Numbered from the stretch's first letter, positions 1-11,757 are shown. The stretch: DNA of 50,084 nucleotides from Desulfuromonas sp. (GCA_002869725.1 PKTY01000137.1:1-50084), one strand, 5' to 3'. The notes: generated by a model not told the origin, from the letters alone. Program-made: numbers and translations.

Positions 1-840
1 GTTCATTTCCACGAAGTCGGCGCCGTCGATGCCATTGTCGATGTGGTCGGCTGCGCCATCGGCCTGCAGATGCTGCAGGTCGACCAGACGATCTGCGCCC
101 CCCTCCCCCTCTCCCAAGGATTGACCAAGGGGGCACACGGTCCTCTGCCGCTGCCGGCGCCGGCGACTCTGGAGATTCTCAAGGGGCACCCGGTACGAAA
201 CGGTGACTGTAACCGGGAGCTGGTCACCCCGACCGGGGCCGCACTTGCGGTGAGTCTCGCCGAATTCGGCCCTCTGCCAGAGATGATCGTGGAGCGTACC
301 GGCTACGGAGTCGGCGGCTGGCTGCTCACAGACCGTCCCAACCTGCTGCGCGGCATCCTCGGTGAGGTCACCGACCGGAAGGGACTGGAGCAGGACCGGG
401 TCTGTGTGATCGAAACCCATCTCGACGATACACCAGCCGAATGGCTCGGCTCCCTGCTTGACCGGCTGCTTGAAGCCGGAGCTCTCGATGTTGGCTACAC
501 CCCTTTACAGATGAAGAAAAACCGCCCCGGAGTCCGTGTGACACTGGTTGTTCCGCCGCAACTGAGCGACACTCTGGCCCGGATGCTGCTGCGCGAAACC
601 AGCGCCATCGGTCTGCGCATCTATGAATGCCAGCGGCTCAAACTTCGCCGGGAGACTGTTCAAGTCGACACCGAATTTGGTTTACTGGGAGTCAAGTTGA
701 TTTATGAGGGTGACCAATTGCTGAGGGCGACCCCAGAACATGCCGATTGCGCACGTATCGCTGTCCAAAGCGGCCGGCCGCTGCCGGACATCTATCGAAC
801 GCTCAGCGCCCTGGCCAACCGCCGGTTCGGGCTGGACTGA
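1..840 (+). CDS. larC: Nickel pincer cofactor biosynthesis protein LarC (5' truncated by window edge)
   Basis: Frame open from base 1: VHFHEVGAVDAIVDVVG, then HGPLPLPAPATLEIL, ELVTPTGAA, MKKNRPG, PEHADC motifs typical of LarC. Confidence 0.92.
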   Translation, partial: VHFHEVGAVDAIVDVVGCAIGLQMLQVDQTICAPLPLSQGLTKGAHGPLPLPAPATLEILKGHPVRNGDCNRELVTPTGAALAVSLAEFGPLPEMIVERTGYGVGGWLLTDRPNLLRGILGEVTDRKGLEQDRVCVIETHLDDTPAEWLGSLLDRLLEAGALDVGYTPLQMKKNRPGVRVTLVVPPQLSDTLARMLLRETSAIGLRIYECQRLKLRRETVQVDTEFGLLGVKLIYEGDQLLRATPEHADCARIAVQSGRPLPDIYRTLSALANRRFGLD

Positions 841-842
841 CC

Positions 843-1301
843 ATGCGCAGACTGACCCTTTTTCTGGCCAGTAACGCCGGGCTCGGCTACGCCCCCTTCG
901 CTTCGGGGACAGTCGGCACTCTGGCCGGAATTCCTCTCTTTTACCTGATGGCAAGCTGGCCCTGGTGGCTCTACCTGGTCTGCTGGACAGGCGTGCTGGC
1001 CTTAAGCTTCTGGGTCGCCGGAGCCGCCGGAAAACTCTATGGGGTGGTCGATGACGGTCGGATCGTCATCGATGAACTGGTCGGTTACCTGGTCACGGTC
1101 GCCTTTCTCCCCTGGAGTTGGCAGTCAGCCTGGCTCGGCTTCCTGTGGTTTCGTCTCTTCGACATTCTCAAACCGCCGCCGGCCCGTTGGTTCGACCGCA
1201 GCCTGAAAAACGGCTACGGCGTCGTACTCGACGACGTGGCCGCCGGCCTTTACGGCCTGTGCGCTTTACGAATCAGTCTGATGCTGATCGAACGTCTGTA
1301 A
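843..1301 (+). CDS. pgpA: Phosphatidylglycerophosphatase A
   Basis: GLGYAPFASGTVGTL, IVIDELVG, FRLFDILKP, GVVLDDVAAG; ATG at 843 just after larC stop. Confidence 0.95.
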   Translation: MRRLTLFLASNAGLGYAPFASGTVGTLAGIPLFYLMASWPWWLYLVCWTGVLALSFWVAGAAGKLYGVVDDGRIVIDELVGYLVTVAFLPWSWQSAWLGFLWFRLFDILKPPPARWFDRSLKNGYGVVLDDVAAGLYGLCALRISLMLIERL

Positions 1302-1313
1302 AGGACCATCCCC

Positions 1314-2573
1314 ATGCCACAGATTGCCATATTGGCCATCGGCGACGAACTGCTCAACGGCGACCAGACCGACACCAACACCGCGGAGATTGCCAGAATC
1401 TTAAGCCGCAACGCCTTCGCCATCAGCAGTTCTCTGACTGTCGGCGACCATGAATTGGCGATCATCACAGCCCTGCAGCGGCTGGCGGCCGATTTCCAGA
1501 TTGTGCTTGTCACAGGCGGGTTGGGACCGACCGACGACGACCGCACCACACGGGCCGCCGCACGCGCCTTCAACCGGCCGTTGACCCTTAACGAGCGGGC
1601 GTTGGAACAGATCCGCCAGCGGTTTCGTGACTGGAAGCGTTCCATGCATCCGGCGAACGAGAAGCAAGCCATGTTGCCACACCGCTCCACCCCGCTCTGC
1701 AACCGCCTCGGAACCGCCCCCGGCTTTCACCTTCACGCAGAGGAGACCGATCTCTACTTCCTGCCGGGAGTTCCCGCTGAGATGCGGGCCATGCTCGACG
1801 AGGAGGTTTTACCGAAAATCTGTCAACGGTTCCCTGATCCACTCCCCAAAGTCCAGCGGGTGCTGACCGTCTTCGGTCTTCCGGAACCGGAGATTGAAGA
1901 CCGTATCCTGAGTAAGGGGCTCGCCGCCGGAGTCGAGCTGGCCTTCGCGGTTGATCTGCCGACCATTGAGGTCAAACTCCGGGCAAGCGGTCCCGAAGCC
2001 GGCAGCCTGGTCGATCGCGCCGAGTTACTGGCTCGCCAGGCACTGGGTGACTATGTGGTCGGCAGCGGTGAAGAGACCCTGGCCGGCAACACGGCGCGAC
2101 TGCTGCGGCTGACTGGCAAGACTCTGGCCCTTGCGGAGTCCTGCACCGGTGGCTTGATTGCCAAACTGCTGACCGACCAACCGGGGGCCTCGGAGTTTCT
2201 CGACCGGAGCCTGGTCACCTACTCCAACACCGCTAAAACCGCGCTGCTGGGAATTCCCGCCGAGCTCATCGAACATCACGGGGCCGTCAGCGCCATTTGT
2301 GCCAGGGCCATGGCAACAGAAGTTCGCCAACGCGCCGGAACCGACCTTGGCCTTGCCGTGACCGGCATCGCAGGTCCGGATGGGGGGACTGAGGAAAAAC
2401 CGGTCGGCACGGTATTCATCGCTTTAAGCAGTGCTTCGAACGTCCGCCTGGAGCGGTTCAACTTCCCCGGCAATCGCTGCCAGATCCGGCTGCGCACCGC
2501 CTGCACCGCTCTCGATTGGCTACGTCGCTCGGCCTTCGAGCAAGAGGCCGAAAGCAAAGAGTTAAGTGTCTGA
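1314..2573 (+). CDS. cinA: Competence/damage-inducible protein CinA (molybdopterin-binding-like domain + NMN deamidase domain)
   Basis: IGDELLNG, TGGLGPTDDDRT, LPGVPAEM, AESCTGG, TGIAGPDGG; pgpA-cinA-thpR-recA context. Confidence 0.95.
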   Translation: MPQIAILAIGDELLNGDQTDTNTAEIARILSRNAFAISSSLTVGDHELAIITALQRLAADFQIVLVTGGLGPTDDDRTTRAAARAFNRPLTLNERALEQIRQRFRDWKRSMHPANEKQAMLPHRSTPLCNRLGTAPGFHLHAEETDLYFLPGVPAEMRAMLDEEVLPKICQRFPDPLPKVQRVLTVFGLPEPEIEDRILSKGLAAGVELAFAVDLPTIEVKLRASGPEAGSLVDRAELLARQALGDYVVGSGEETLAGNTARLLRLTGKTLALAESCTGGLIAKLLTDQPGASEFLDRSLVTYSNTAKTALLGIPAELIEHHGAVSAICARAMATEVRQRAGTDLGLAVTGIAGPDGGTEEKPVGTVFIALSSASNVRLERFNFPGNRCQIRLRTACTALDWLRRSAFEQEAESKELSV

Positions 2574-3153
2574 CAAATCTGTACGCGCCTTTCTTGCCGT
2601 CCCCCTTGGCGGCAAACTCCAGGACAGGTTGGCGGATCTGCAACGGCAACTGAGCAGAGATCTGCCGGGGGTCCGTTGGACGTGCCCTGAGAACCTCCAT
2701 CTGACCCTGCGTTTCTTCGGTGATGTAACGCACGAAGACCTTGAAAAGATCAGAGTTTCTATGCTATCGATAGAGGGCTGTCAGCGGGCTTTCGAGGTTT
2801 CCGCCACCGGCCTTGGCTCCTTCCCTGATCCGCGACGGCCACGTGTCCTCTGGGTTGGGCTCCGCCCTGTGGCTCCGCTACAGGGTTTATATTGGCGCAT
2901 TCAGTCTGCCTTGGCTCTGGCCGGGATTCCGAAAGAACCCCGGCCATTCAGTCCGCACTTGACCATCGGTCGTCTGCGCCAGACCGGACCCGACCTGAGC
3001 TTAAAATTGACCCGCGCCGCCACCCAACGCTACGGTGGCTTTCCGGTTGACCAGTTGGTTCTCTACGAAAGCCGCCTGCATCCCGGTGGCGCTGAACATA
3101 TTCCGCTCAGCAGACTGAAGTTCCCCCTCTGCGAGGAGGACGCTGGGCATTGA
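2566..3153 (+). CDS. thpR: RNA 2',3'-cyclic phosphodiesterase (2H family)
   Basis: Two HxT motifs (NLHLTLRF, SPHLTIGR), PRVLWVG; GTG start overlapping cinA end. Confidence 0.92.
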   Translation: MSDKSVRAFLAVPLGGKLQDRLADLQRQLSRDLPGVRWTCPENLHLTLRFFGDVTHEDLEKIRVSMLSIEGCQRAFEVSATGLGSFPDPRRPRVLWVGLRPVAPLQGLYWRIQSALALAGIPKEPRPFSPHLTIGRLRQTGPDLSLKLTRAATQRYGGFPVDQLVLYESRLHPGGAEHIPLSRLKFPLCEEDAGH

Positions 3154-3215
3154 TTGCATTGGTGAGGCTTGATTGTTGAAATCGACACTGAACAGCGACA
3201 AGGAGGGTAACCCGC

Positions 3216-4238
3216 ATGAGCAGTACTGACCGCAACCGCGCCATTGAATTGGCAATGGGACAGATCGAGAAACAGTTCGGCAAAGGGAGTATCATGCGTC
3301 TGGGTGAGGACATGGCCCTGCCGGACATCCAGGCGATCCCTTCGGGCTCATTGGGCTTGAATATCGCCCTTGGGGTCGGCGGTGTCCCCCGCGGACGGAT
3401 TATCGAGATCTACGGGCCGGAATCTTCCGGCAAGACCACCCTGGCCCTGCACATTGCCGCCGAAGCCCAAAAACTTGGCGGCGTTGCGGCCTTCATCGAC
3501 GCCGAGCACGCCCTCGACATCCATTACGCCCGCAAGTTGGGGGTCAAAACCGACGATCTGTTGGTCTCTCAGCCCGACACCGGGGAGCAAGCCCTCGAGA
3601 TCACCGAAGTCCTGGTCCGTAGCGGGGCCATCGATATTCTGGTCATCGATTCAGTTGCGGCCTTGGTTCCCCGGGCAGAAATCGAAGGGGAGATGGGGGA
3701 CTCCCACATGGGCCTACAGGCCCGTCTCATGTCCCAGGCCCTGCGCAAACTGACGGCCACCATCAGCAAATCGAACTGCTGTGTGATCTTCATCAACCAG
3801 ATCCGCATGAAGATCGGCGTCATGTTCGGCAACCCGGAGACCACTACCGGCGGCAACGCCCTCAAATTTTACGCCTCGGTGCGCATGGATATCCGTCGCA
3901 TTGCCTCCCTCAAGCAGGGACAGGACCAGATCGGCAACCGGACCCGTGTCAAGGTGGTCAAGAACAAGGTGGCCCCCCCCTTCAAGGAAGCCGAGTTCGA
4001 TATCATGTACGGGGCCGGCATCTCGAAAGTCGGCGAACTGGTCGACATGGGGGTCGAGTGCGGGGTGGTCGATAAGAGCGGTTCCTGGTTTTCCTACGGG
4101 CCCGACCGCATCGGGCAGGGCCGCGAAAATGCCAAGCAGTACCTCACCGACAACCCGGACATTGCAACCCAGATCGAATCGAGGATTCTTGAACATTTCG
4201 GACTCGTTCCCGCTTCAGCCCCTGTGGAGAAAGCATAA
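3216..4238 (+). CDS. recA: Recombinase A
   Basis: [47 protein letters not shown]. Confidence 0.99.
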   Translation: MSSTDRNRAIELAMGQIEKQFGKGSIMRLGEDMALPDIQAIPSGSLGLNIALGVGGVPRGRIIEIYGPESSGKTTLALHIAAEAQKLGGVAAFIDAEHALDIHYARKLGVKTDDLLVSQPDTGEQALEITEVLVRSGAIDILVIDSVAALVPRAEIEGEMGDSHMGLQARLMSQALRKLTATISKSNCCVIFINQIRMKIGVMFGNPETTTGGNALKFYASVRMDIRRIASLKQGQDQIGNRTRVKVVKNKVAPPFKEAEFDIMYGAGISKVGELVDMGVECGVVDKSGSWFSYGPDRIGQGRENAKQYLTDNPDIATQIESRILEHFGLVPASAPVEKA

Positions 4239-4241
4239 GCC

Positions 4242-5372
4242 ATGGATCTCAATGAAATTCTTTCAGTCGGACTGAAATCCAACGCCTCGGACATTCATCT
4301 CAAGGCGGGACTGCCACCGATCTATCGCATCGACGGCACCCTGCGCCCGCTCCCCAAAGCACCACGCATCAGCCCGCAGATGACCGAGCAGATCTGCGAG
4401 GACATCATGAATGACCTGCAGCGGGAACGTTTTGAAACGGCCCGTGAAGTCGACCTCGCCTACGGAGTTCCCGGCCTTGGACGTTTCCGCGTCAATGCCT
4501 TTACCCAGCGCGGTTCGGTCTCCCTGGTGTTCCGAGCCATTCCATTCGACATCAAGAGTCTCGACGACCTGCTGCTGCCACCGGTCATCAAGAAAATGTG
4601 CATGGCCAACCGCGGGCTGATCCTGGTGACCGGAGCGACCGGATCGGGGAAATCGACCACTCTGGCCGCCGTCATCGACTACATCAACGCCAACCGCAAA
4701 TCGCACATCGTCACCATCGAAGACCCTATCGAGTTCCTGCACCGCGACAAGAAAAGCATTATCAACCAGCGGGAAATCGGTTCGGACACCCAGGGGTTTC
4801 AGGTGGCGCTGAAGAGCGCCCTGCGCCAGGACCCAGACGTCATCCTGGTCGGTGAGATGCGTGACCATGAAACCATCGAAACGGCGCTGCTCGCAGCCGA
4901 GACCGGCCACCTGGTTTTGTCGACTCTCCACACCATCGACGCCACAGAAACCGTCAACCGCATCATCTCGGTCTTCCCCCCGTTCCAACAGCGTCAGGTC
5001 CGCATTCAGCTGGCTGCGGTTTTGCGGGGGGTGGTCTCCATGCGCCTGGTGCCTCGCATCGATGGCAAGGGGCGGGTGCCCGCGGTCGAGGTAATGGTCG
5101 CTTCGGCCCGGGTGCGCAAGATGATCGACGACAAGGACCAGACCAAGCAGCTCCCCGACGCGATCCAGCAGGGTTACCAGTCCTACGGCATGCAGACCTT
5201 CGACCAATCGCTGATGAGCCTGCTTAAAAACAAACTGATCAGCTTCGACGAGGCGTTGCGCCAATGCTCAAATCCTGACGATTTTAAGCTCAAGGTTTCA
5301 GGCGTCTCCTCGACCTCCGACCTGTCCTGGGATTCCTTTGGTGGCGATGCCAAGGATGACGACGAAGAGTAA
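4242..5372 (+). CDS. pilT: PilT/PilU-family type IV pilus retraction ATPase
   Basis: ASDIHL, GATGSGKST, TIEDPIE, ALRQDPDVILVGEMRD, GMQTFDQSL. Confidence 0.92.
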   Translation: MDLNEILSVGLKSNASDIHLKAGLPPIYRIDGTLRPLPKAPRISPQMTEQICEDIMNDLQRERFETAREVDLAYGVPGLGRFRVNAFTQRGSVSLVFRAIPFDIKSLDDLLLPPVIKKMCMANRGLILVTGATGSGKSTTLAAVIDYINANRKSHIVTIEDPIEFLHRDKKSIINQREIGSDTQGFQVALKSALRQDPDVILVGEMRDHETIETALLAAETGHLVLSTLHTIDATETVNRIISVFPPFQQRQVRIQLAAVLRGVVSMRLVPRIDGKGRVPAVEVMVASARVRKMIDDKDQTKQLPDAIQQGYQSYGMQTFDQSLMSLLKNKLISFDEALRQCSNPDDFKLKVSGVSSTSDLSWDSFGGDAKDDDEE

Positions 5373-5841
5373 CAACACGCCGGGTCCCAACGCCCTGGCT
5401 TCGGCGCTGCACCTGTTAACCGGACGTGACCTCAGTACACGCCGGCTGCGCCACAAGCTGCAGCAAAAAGGACATAGCGACGCCGAAATCGATGCTGCCA
5501 TCGAACGCTGTCAGCAGTTAGGTTACCTTGATGATCTGCGCTTTGCGCGCGACAGGGTGCGCAGACAGCTCAGCCAAGGGAGGATGACCGGGCGAAGACT
5601 CTCCATGGATCTGCGTCAGCAGGGGCTGAGTGAGCAGGTTGCCGTTCAGGCCATGGAGGAAGCGGCGACTGAGTTTGACGAGGGCAAAGTCCTGGCTGAA
5701 CTGGTGGCCCGACGCTTCCCAGATTTCTCTTACCCGACGGCAACCGCCAGAGATCGCCGCCGGGTCGTGCAGTTCCTGCAACGCAGGGGGTTCCCCCTGG
5801 ACCAGATTATGACGACACTGACTCGGAAAGGTTTTGATTAG
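5347..5841 (+). CDS. recX: Regulatory protein RecX
   Basis: ALHLLTGRDLS, GYLDDLRFA, FLQRRGF; between recA/pilT and alaS; start uncertain (5347 or 5356). Confidence 0.88.
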   Translation: MPRMTTKSNNTPGPNALASALHLLTGRDLSTRRLRHKLQQKGHSDAEIDAAIERCQQLGYLDDLRFARDRVRRQLSQGRMTGRRLSMDLRQQGLSEQVAVQAMEEAATEFDEGKVLAELVARRFPDFSYPTATARDRRRVVQFLQRRGFPLDQIMTTLTRKGFD

Positions 5842-5844
5842 ACA

Positions 5845-8490
5845 ATGATGACAGGCAGTGATATTCGCCAGCAATTTCTCGACTACTTTTCTCAGCGTGG
5901 ACATACGGTAGTCTCCTCCTCATCGCTGATCCCGCACAACGATCCGACCCTGCTGTTCACCAACGCCGGCATGAACCAGTTTAAGGACTGTTTCCTCGGC
6001 CAGGAGAAGCGCGACTACCTGCGCGCCGCCAGCTCACAGAAATGCGTGCGGGCCGGTGGCAAGCACAACGATCTGGAAAATGTCGGCCGAACCGCCCGTC
6101 ATCACACCTTCTTCGAAATGCTGGGCAACTTCTCCTTCGGCGACTATTTCAAGAAGGAGGCGATCGCCTACGCCTGGGAATTTCTGACTGTCGACCTCAA
6201 ACTCGACAAGTCGCGCCTCTACGTCTCCGTCTATACCGACGATGACGAAGCCGCCGACATCTGGCATCAACAGCAAGGGGTTCCCCGCGAACGAATCTTT
6301 CGCTTCGAGGAGGACAATTTCTGGTCGATGGGAGACACCGGACCCTGTGGCCCCTGTTCGGAGATCTTCTGGGACAACGGCCCGGAAGTCGGCTGCGCCA
6401 GCCCCGACTGTACCGTCGGCTGCGACTGCGATCGCTACATGGAGATCTGGAACAACGTCTTCATGCAGTTTAACCGCAGCGCCGACGGCACCCTCACTCC
6501 GCTACCAAAGCCAGCCGTCGATACCGGAATGGGACTGGAACGGATTACGACGGTGATCCAGGGGGTCCACTCAAACTACGACACCGACCTGCTGCGCAGC
6601 ATTATCGCCAACATCGAGGAACTCGCCGGCAAACGTTACGGCGCGAACACCGACGACGACGTGTCGATGCGGGTGATGGCCGACCACAGTCGAGCCATGG
6701 CCTTTCTGATTGCCGATGGTGTGCTGCCGAGCAACGAAGGACGTGGTTACGTGTTGCGCCGGATCATGCGCCGCGCCATGCGCCATGCCAAAATGCTCGG
6801 CTTTGGCGACCCGGTCCTCTACAAAACGGCGTCCTTTGTTCTCAACCTGATGGCCAAGGCCTATCCGGCCGAGGCCGAGCGCGGGGCTTTTGTCGCACGG
6901 GTGGTCAATAACGAGGAAGAGCGCTTCATGCAGACCCTCGACAACGGCCTGCGCATCCTCAACGAAGAAGTCGACAAACTCAAGCAGGCCGGCAACACAG
7001 CAATCCCCGGCCCAGTGCTGTTCAAACTGTATGACACCTACGGCTTCCCGGTCGACCTGACCGCCGACATCGTCGAAGCCGAGGGTTTCACTGTTGATGA
7101 ACCGGGGTTCGAGTCCTGCATGGAACAGCAGCGTCAAAAAGCCCGAGAGCACTGGAAAGGCTCCGGTGAAGAAGTCATCGAGGCCGCCTACCACACCCTG
7201 CGCGAGCAGGGCATCAGGGTAACATTTCAAGGCTACGATGTGCTGACCGACAGTTCGCAGGTCCTGGCCATCCTCAAGGATGGCGAACCGGTCAGCCAGG
7301 CTTCTGCTGGACAGCAGATCGAGGTGGTCACCGCCAGCACCCCCTTCTATGGCGAGTCGGGGGGCCAGGTTGGCGATGGCGGCCTGATCAGCGCCCCGGA
7401 GCTTGAACTGCGCATCGACGACACCCGCCGGCCGCTGCCGGAACTGACCGTCCACATCGGCGAAATTGTCAGCGGAACCCTGGCCATTGATCAGCAGGTC
7501 ACCCTCGAAGTCGATGCCGAACAGCGCCTGGCCACGGCCTTGAACCATACGGCGACCCACATTCTGCAGGCAGTGCTCATCGAAGTCCTCGGCGACCATG
7601 TGCGCCAGGCCGGATCTCTGGTGACGCCGGAGCGGTTGCGCTTCGACTTCAATCACTTTTCGGCCCTCAGCGACGACGAACTGAACCGCATCGAGATCGA
7701 GGTCAATCGCCGCATCCGCGACAACCTGCCGGTCGATACCCGCGAAATGGATATCGAGGAGGCGATTGCTGCCGGAGCGACCGCCCTGTTCGGCGAGAAG
7801 TACAGCGAGCAGGTGCGGGTGGTCAACCTTGGCGAGCTGAGCATGGAACTTTGCGGCGGCACCCACGCCAAGGCCTCCGGGGATATTGGCCTGTTCCGTA
7901 TCATTCAGGAATCGGGGATCGCCGCAGGCGTTCGCCGCATCGAGGCCACAACCGGCAAAAGAGCACTGGAACTGGTCCAACAGCAAGACCAGACTGTCGC
8001 CCGCATGGCATCTTTGGTCAAAAGTGATCGGGCTCAGCTTGAAAACCGCCTTGGCAAACTGCTCGAACGACAAAAAGAGTTGGAGCGGGAGCTGGCCACC
8101 CTCGAGAGCCGCCTCAAAGCCGGCCAGGCTGATGACCTGCTGGCTTCAGCCGTCGAAATCGCCGATTTCCGTGTGCTGGCAGCCGAAGTGGAGGCAAGTG
8201 ACGGCAAAGGGATGCGGGAAATGGCCGACAAGCTGCGCGACAAACTGGGGCGGGGAGTGATCGTCATCGGCTGCGCCTTTGAGGGCAAAGCAAACCTGCT
8301 GGTCGCTGTCTCCAGCGATCTCACCGACCGCCTGCATGCCGGAAAACTGGTTGGTGAGTTGGCGTCGGCTGTCGGCGGCCGCGGCGGTGGGCGACCCGAC
8401 CTGGCCCAAGCAGGTGGTTCTCAACCCGAGAACCTGACCAAAGCCATGGCCCTGGCCGCGGATCTGGTCCGCCGGGCAGTCGGCAATTAA
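5845..8490 (+). CDS. alaS: Alanine--tRNA ligase
   Basis: [58 protein letters not shown]. Confidence 0.99.
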   Translation: MMTGSDIRQQFLDYFSQRGHTVVSSSSLIPHNDPTLLFTNAGMNQFKDCFLGQEKRDYLRAASSQKCVRAGGKHNDLENVGRTARHHTFFEMLGNFSFGDYFKKEAIAYAWEFLTVDLKLDKSRLYVSVYTDDDEAADIWHQQQGVPRERIFRFEEDNFWSMGDTGPCGPCSEIFWDNGPEVGCASPDCTVGCDCDRYMEIWNNVFMQFNRSADGTLTPLPKPAVDTGMGLERITTVIQGVHSNYDTDLLRSIIANIEELAGKRYGANTDDDVSMRVMADHSRAMAFLIADGVLPSNEGRGYVLRRIMRRAMRHAKMLGFGDPVLYKTASFVLNLMAKAYPAEAERGAFVARVVNNEEERFMQTLDNGLRILNEEVDKLKQAGNTAIPGPVLFKLYDTYGFPVDLTADIVEAEGFTVDEPGFESCMEQQRQKAREHWKGSGEEVIEAAYHTLREQGIRVTFQGYDVLTDSSQVLAILKDGEPVSQASAGQQIEVVTASTPFYGESGGQVGDGGLISAPELELRIDDTRRPLPELTVHIGEIVSGTLAIDQQVTLEVDAEQRLATALNHTATHILQAVLIEVLGDHVRQAGSLVTPERLRFDFNHFSALSDDELNRIEIEVNRRIRDNLPVDTREMDIEEAIAAGATALFGEKYSEQVRVVNLGELSMELCGGTHAKASGDIGLFRIIQESGIAAGVRRIEATTGKRALELVQQQDQTVARMASLVKSDRAQLENRLGKLLERQKELERELATLESRLKAGQADDLLASAVEIADFRVLAAEVEASDGKGMREMADKLRDKLGRGVIVIGCAFEGKANLLVAVSSDLTDRLHAGKLVGELASAVGGRGGGRPDLAQAGGSQPENLTKAMALAADLVRRAVGN

Positions 8491-8534
8491 GCTGTTCATC
8501 AGCAGCACGAGGCAGTCCACAAAGGGAGCCCGCT

Positions 8535-9686
8535 GTGCGCATCGAAATGCTGGGGCAACCCCAGTTGCTTCAGGAGAAAGAGCGCCCCACCATTCTGGTC
8601 GTCGATGACGAGGAGCTGATTCGCGATCTGTGTATGAGCGCTCTCAAGGGCTACCGCCTGCTTCAGGCAGGAAACGGTCAAGAGGCCCTCGACCTGCTTG
8701 ATCACCAGCCCGTCGACCTGGTACTGGCTGATGTCATGATGCCGGTGATGAACGGCCTTGACCTGCTGATGCAGATCAAAGAGCGCGATCCGGGGCAGCT
8801 GGTGGTCATCATGACCGGCTACGCCGACAAGGAGGTTGTCCTGCGGGCCCTCAAGGCCGACGCTGACGATTTCATCCAGAAGCCGATCAACCTGCTGCAG
8901 CTCAAAACCACCATCGAGAAAGCCCTGGAAAAGAGGAACCTGCGCCGCGAGCTGTCTCAACTCAAACAGCTTGATCGCATCAAGGCCGACTTTCTGGGTC
9001 TGATTTCTCACAAGCTGCGCACTCCGACCACCTCGATCTCGCTGTTCATTCAGAATCTGGCCAGCGGCACATTCGATTCCACCGACCCGTCATTCAGCGA
9101 AGCCCTCAAGGCAATCCGCGAAGAGTCGGACTACCTGGCCTACCTGATTCAAGATCTGCTCTACTACAGCGACATCATTCTGCAGGACGAAAAACCTCAG
9201 CTCAGCCGCCAGGACCTCCGAGAAGTCGCGGTCAACGTCCTGGCGGAGAAACGGGGTGCGGCCGCGGAAAAAGGGATTTACCTGCACAATCGGCTGACCG
9301 GCCAATGGCCTGCTCTTCAGATGGACCGGCGGCGCATCCATTTTGCTCTGAGCGCCCTGCTCGACAACGCCATCAAGTTCTCACCACGCGGCAGCCAGGT
9401 GACCCTCTCCGGACAGATTGGCGAGGAGAACATTTCGGTATCGATCAGTGACAACGGTCCGGGAATTGCGGCGGAAGAAGTCGCCAAAGTCTTTGAGAAA
9501 TTCTATCAGATCGACCCCTACAAAACCGGGCAGGTACGCGGCTTCGGCCTCGGCCTGTTCTATGCCCGCCAATTTGTCCGTGATCACGGTGGCAGCATGC
9601 TCCTCGAAAGCAGTCCGGGGGCCGGCACCACCGCGACCATCACCCTGCCACACAAGGTTCTGGCTGAAATCGCCGCAAATCACTGA
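8535..9686 (+). CDS. Receiver-HisKA-HATPase hybrid signalling protein
   Basis: N-terminal REC (VVDDE, DVMMPVMNG, KP), H-box SHKLRTP, LLDNAIKFS, DNGPGI, GFGLGL. Confidence 0.9.
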   Translation: MRIEMLGQPQLLQEKERPTILVVDDEELIRDLCMSALKGYRLLQAGNGQEALDLLDHQPVDLVLADVMMPVMNGLDLLMQIKERDPGQLVVIMTGYADKEVVLRALKADADDFIQKPINLLQLKTTIEKALEKRNLRRELSQLKQLDRIKADFLGLISHKLRTPTTSISLFIQNLASGTFDSTDPSFSEALKAIREESDYLAYLIQDLLYYSDIILQDEKPQLSRQDLREVAVNVLAEKRGAAAEKGIYLHNRLTGQWPALQMDRRRIHFALSALLDNAIKFSPRGSQVTLSGQIGEENISVSISDNGPGIAAEEVAKVFEKFYQIDPYKTGQVRGFGLGLFYARQFVRDHGGSMLLESSPGAGTTATITLPHKVLAEIAANH

Positions 9687-9716
9687 ACCATCCCCTCAAC
9701 CCGGCATTTTTCTTTA

Positions 9717-9741
9717 TTGAAGTCGGCGGCTATGCTATATT
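9717..9741 (+). promoter_or_regulatory. Possible heat-shock (sigma32-like) promoter of hslVU
   Basis: TTGAAG followed after a short spacer by CTATAT upstream of hslV; loose resemblance only. Confidence 0.25.
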
Positions 9742-9785
9742 TCTGGCATTTTTCGCTGGATTCGAGCGGCCTTTGGAGAAACGAG

Positions 9786-10313
9786 ATGTTCAAAGGGACC
9801 ACCATCCTCTGTGTACGCCGCGACAGCAGTGTGGCTATGGCCGGCGACGGCCAGGTCAGCCTTGGCAACACCGTGATGAAGCAGACCGCCCGCAAGCTGC
9901 GTCGCATGTACAACGACCAGGTTGTCGCCGGCTTTGCCGGCAGCACCGCCGACGCCTTCACTCTCTTCGAGAAGTTCGAGGCCAAGCTTCAGGAGCACCG
10001 TGGCAACCTGCAGCGGGCAGCGGTCGAACTGGCCAAGGACTGGCGCACTGACCGCATCTTACGTCGCCTGGAAGCTCTGCTGATTGTTGCAGACCGGTCT
10101 ACAACCCTGATCCTCTCCGGCGCCGGCGATGTCATCGAACCTGAGCATGGGATTGCCGCCATCGGCTCCGGCGGCATGTACGCCCTGGCTGCGGCTCGAG
10201 CCTTGACCCGTCACACCGAACTGCCCGCCGCACAGATCGCCGAACAGGCCCTGCTGGTTGCTGCCGACATCTGCGTCTTTACCAATGACCAGGTCATCGT
10301 GGAGACTTTGTAA
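9786..10313 (+). CDS. hslV: ATP-dependent protease subunit HslV
   Basis: MFKGTTIL (Thr nucleophile), [30 protein letters not shown] before ATG 9786. Confidence 0.97.
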   Translation: MFKGTTILCVRRDSSVAMAGDGQVSLGNTVMKQTARKLRRMYNDQVVAGFAGSTADAFTLFEKFEAKLQEHRGNLQRAAVELAKDWRTDRILRRLEALLIVADRSTTLILSGAGDVIEPEHGIAAIGSGGMYALAAARALTRHTELPAAQIAEQALLVAADICVFTNDQVIVETL

Positions 10314-11672
10314 GTGACCAACTTTACCCCGCGCGAAATTGTTTCTGAACTCGACCGCTACATTGTCGGCCAGAAGAAGGCCAAACGAGCCGTGGCTGTG
10401 GCCCTGCGCAATCGCTGGCGCCGACAGCAGGTCGCCAGTGAACTGCGCGAAGAGATCGCCCCTAAAAATATCATCATGATCGGCCCGACCGGGGTCGGCA
10501 AGACCGAGATCGCCCGCCGCCTCGCCAAGCTCGCGCAGGCCCCTTTTATCAAAGTCGAGGCGAGCAAATTTACCGAGGTCGGATATGTCGGCCGCGACGT
10601 CGAAAGCATGGTCCGCGACCTGCTGGAGTTGGCCATCCTGATGGTCAAGGAAGAGGAAGCCCGCAAGCAGCGGGTCAAGGCCGAGGATCTCGCCGAGGAA
10701 CGTCTCCTCGACCTGCTGCTTCCCGGTGGAGTCCACAACGCCGAACCGGGATCCACCACCGACCTGTCCACCGAAACGGCTGCGGATCGCGAAGGCACAA
10801 CCCGTGACAAACTGCGTCGTCTGCTGCGCATGGGTGAACTCGACCAGCGGATGGTCGAGGTCGAAGTTCAGGATACCCAGTTACCGACCATGCAGGTTTT
10901 CGGCCCCCAGGGGCTGGAAGAGATGGGCTTCAACATGAAGGAGATGCTCGGCAACCTCTTTCCGAAAAAGAACAAGCGGCGCAAGATGTCGGTGGCCGAA
11001 GCCCGGCAACTGCTGATCGACCTCGAAGCCGAAAAACTGGTCGACATGGACAGAGTCCAGACGCTGGCCAGGGAACGCACCGAACAGAGCGGTATCATTT
11101 TCATCGACGAGATCGACAAGATCGCCAGCCGCGAGGGGGGCCGAGGTCCCGAAGTTTCCCGTGAAGGGGTACAGCGCGACATTCTGCCGATCGTCGAGGG
11201 GAGTACGGTCAACACCAAGTACGGCCCGGTGAAGACCGACCACATTCTGTTCATTGCCGCCGGGGCCTTTCATATCGCCAAGCCTTCCGATCTGATTCCG
11301 GAACTGCAAGGCCGCTTTCCGATTCGGGTCGAACTGGAGAACCTTGAAGAGGCCGATTTCGTACGGATTCTCACCGAACCGAAGAACGCCCTGATCCGCC
11401 AGTATACCGCCTTGATGGAGACCGAAGGGATCGATCTCGAGTTTGGCGAAGACGCCATCGACGAGATTGCCCGAACTGCGGCCCAGGTCAATCAACAGAC
11501 CGAGAACATCGGCGCCCGCCGCCTGCACACCATCATGGAGACACTCCTCGAGGAACTCTCCTTTGACGCCCCGGAGAGGACGAACCGGCAGATAAAAATC
11601 GATTCCTCGTTTGTGCGCGGACGCCTGGAGGACATTGCCTCCGATATTGACCTGTCGAGGTACATTCTGTGA
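10314..11672 (+). CDS. hslU: ATP-dependent protease ATPase subunit HslU
   Basis: [42 protein letters not shown]-terminal DLSRYIL. Confidence 0.99.
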   Translation: MTNFTPREIVSELDRYIVGQKKAKRAVAVALRNRWRRQQVASELREEIAPKNIIMIGPTGVGKTEIARRLAKLAQAPFIKVEASKFTEVGYVGRDVESMVRDLLELAILMVKEEEARKQRVKAEDLAEERLLDLLLPGGVHNAEPGSTTDLSTETAADREGTTRDKLRRLLRMGELDQRMVEVEVQDTQLPTMQVFGPQGLEEMGFNMKEMLGNLFPKKNKRRKMSVAEARQLLIDLEAEKLVDMDRVQTLARERTEQSGIIFIDEIDKIASREGGRGPEVSREGVQRDILPIVEGSTVNTKYGPVKTDHILFIAAGAFHIAKPSDLIPELQGRFPIRVELENLEEADFVRILTEPKNALIRQYTALMETEGIDLEFGEDAIDEIARTAAQVNQQTENIGARRLHTIMETLLEELSFDAPERTNRQIKIDSSFVRGRLEDIASDIDLSRYIL

Positions 11673-11757
11673 GTCTGAGTGTTTAAGTGACCTCTCGGAT
11701 GATGTTTGTGCTGTTCGAGCCCCTATGTAAAGCGCCAGTTGACGAGCAGAGGAGCGC

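Noticed and set aside
3154..3215. LexA/SOS box upstream of recA
   Set aside because: No palindrome matching a LexA consensus that I recognise
6571..8073. Long antisense ORFs (also 4263-5264, 11683-12699, 16599-17693, 18115-19206, 22268-23614, 27922-29034)
   Set aside because: Mirror frames of well-supported genes, expected from GC-rich codon bias; no recognisable motifs
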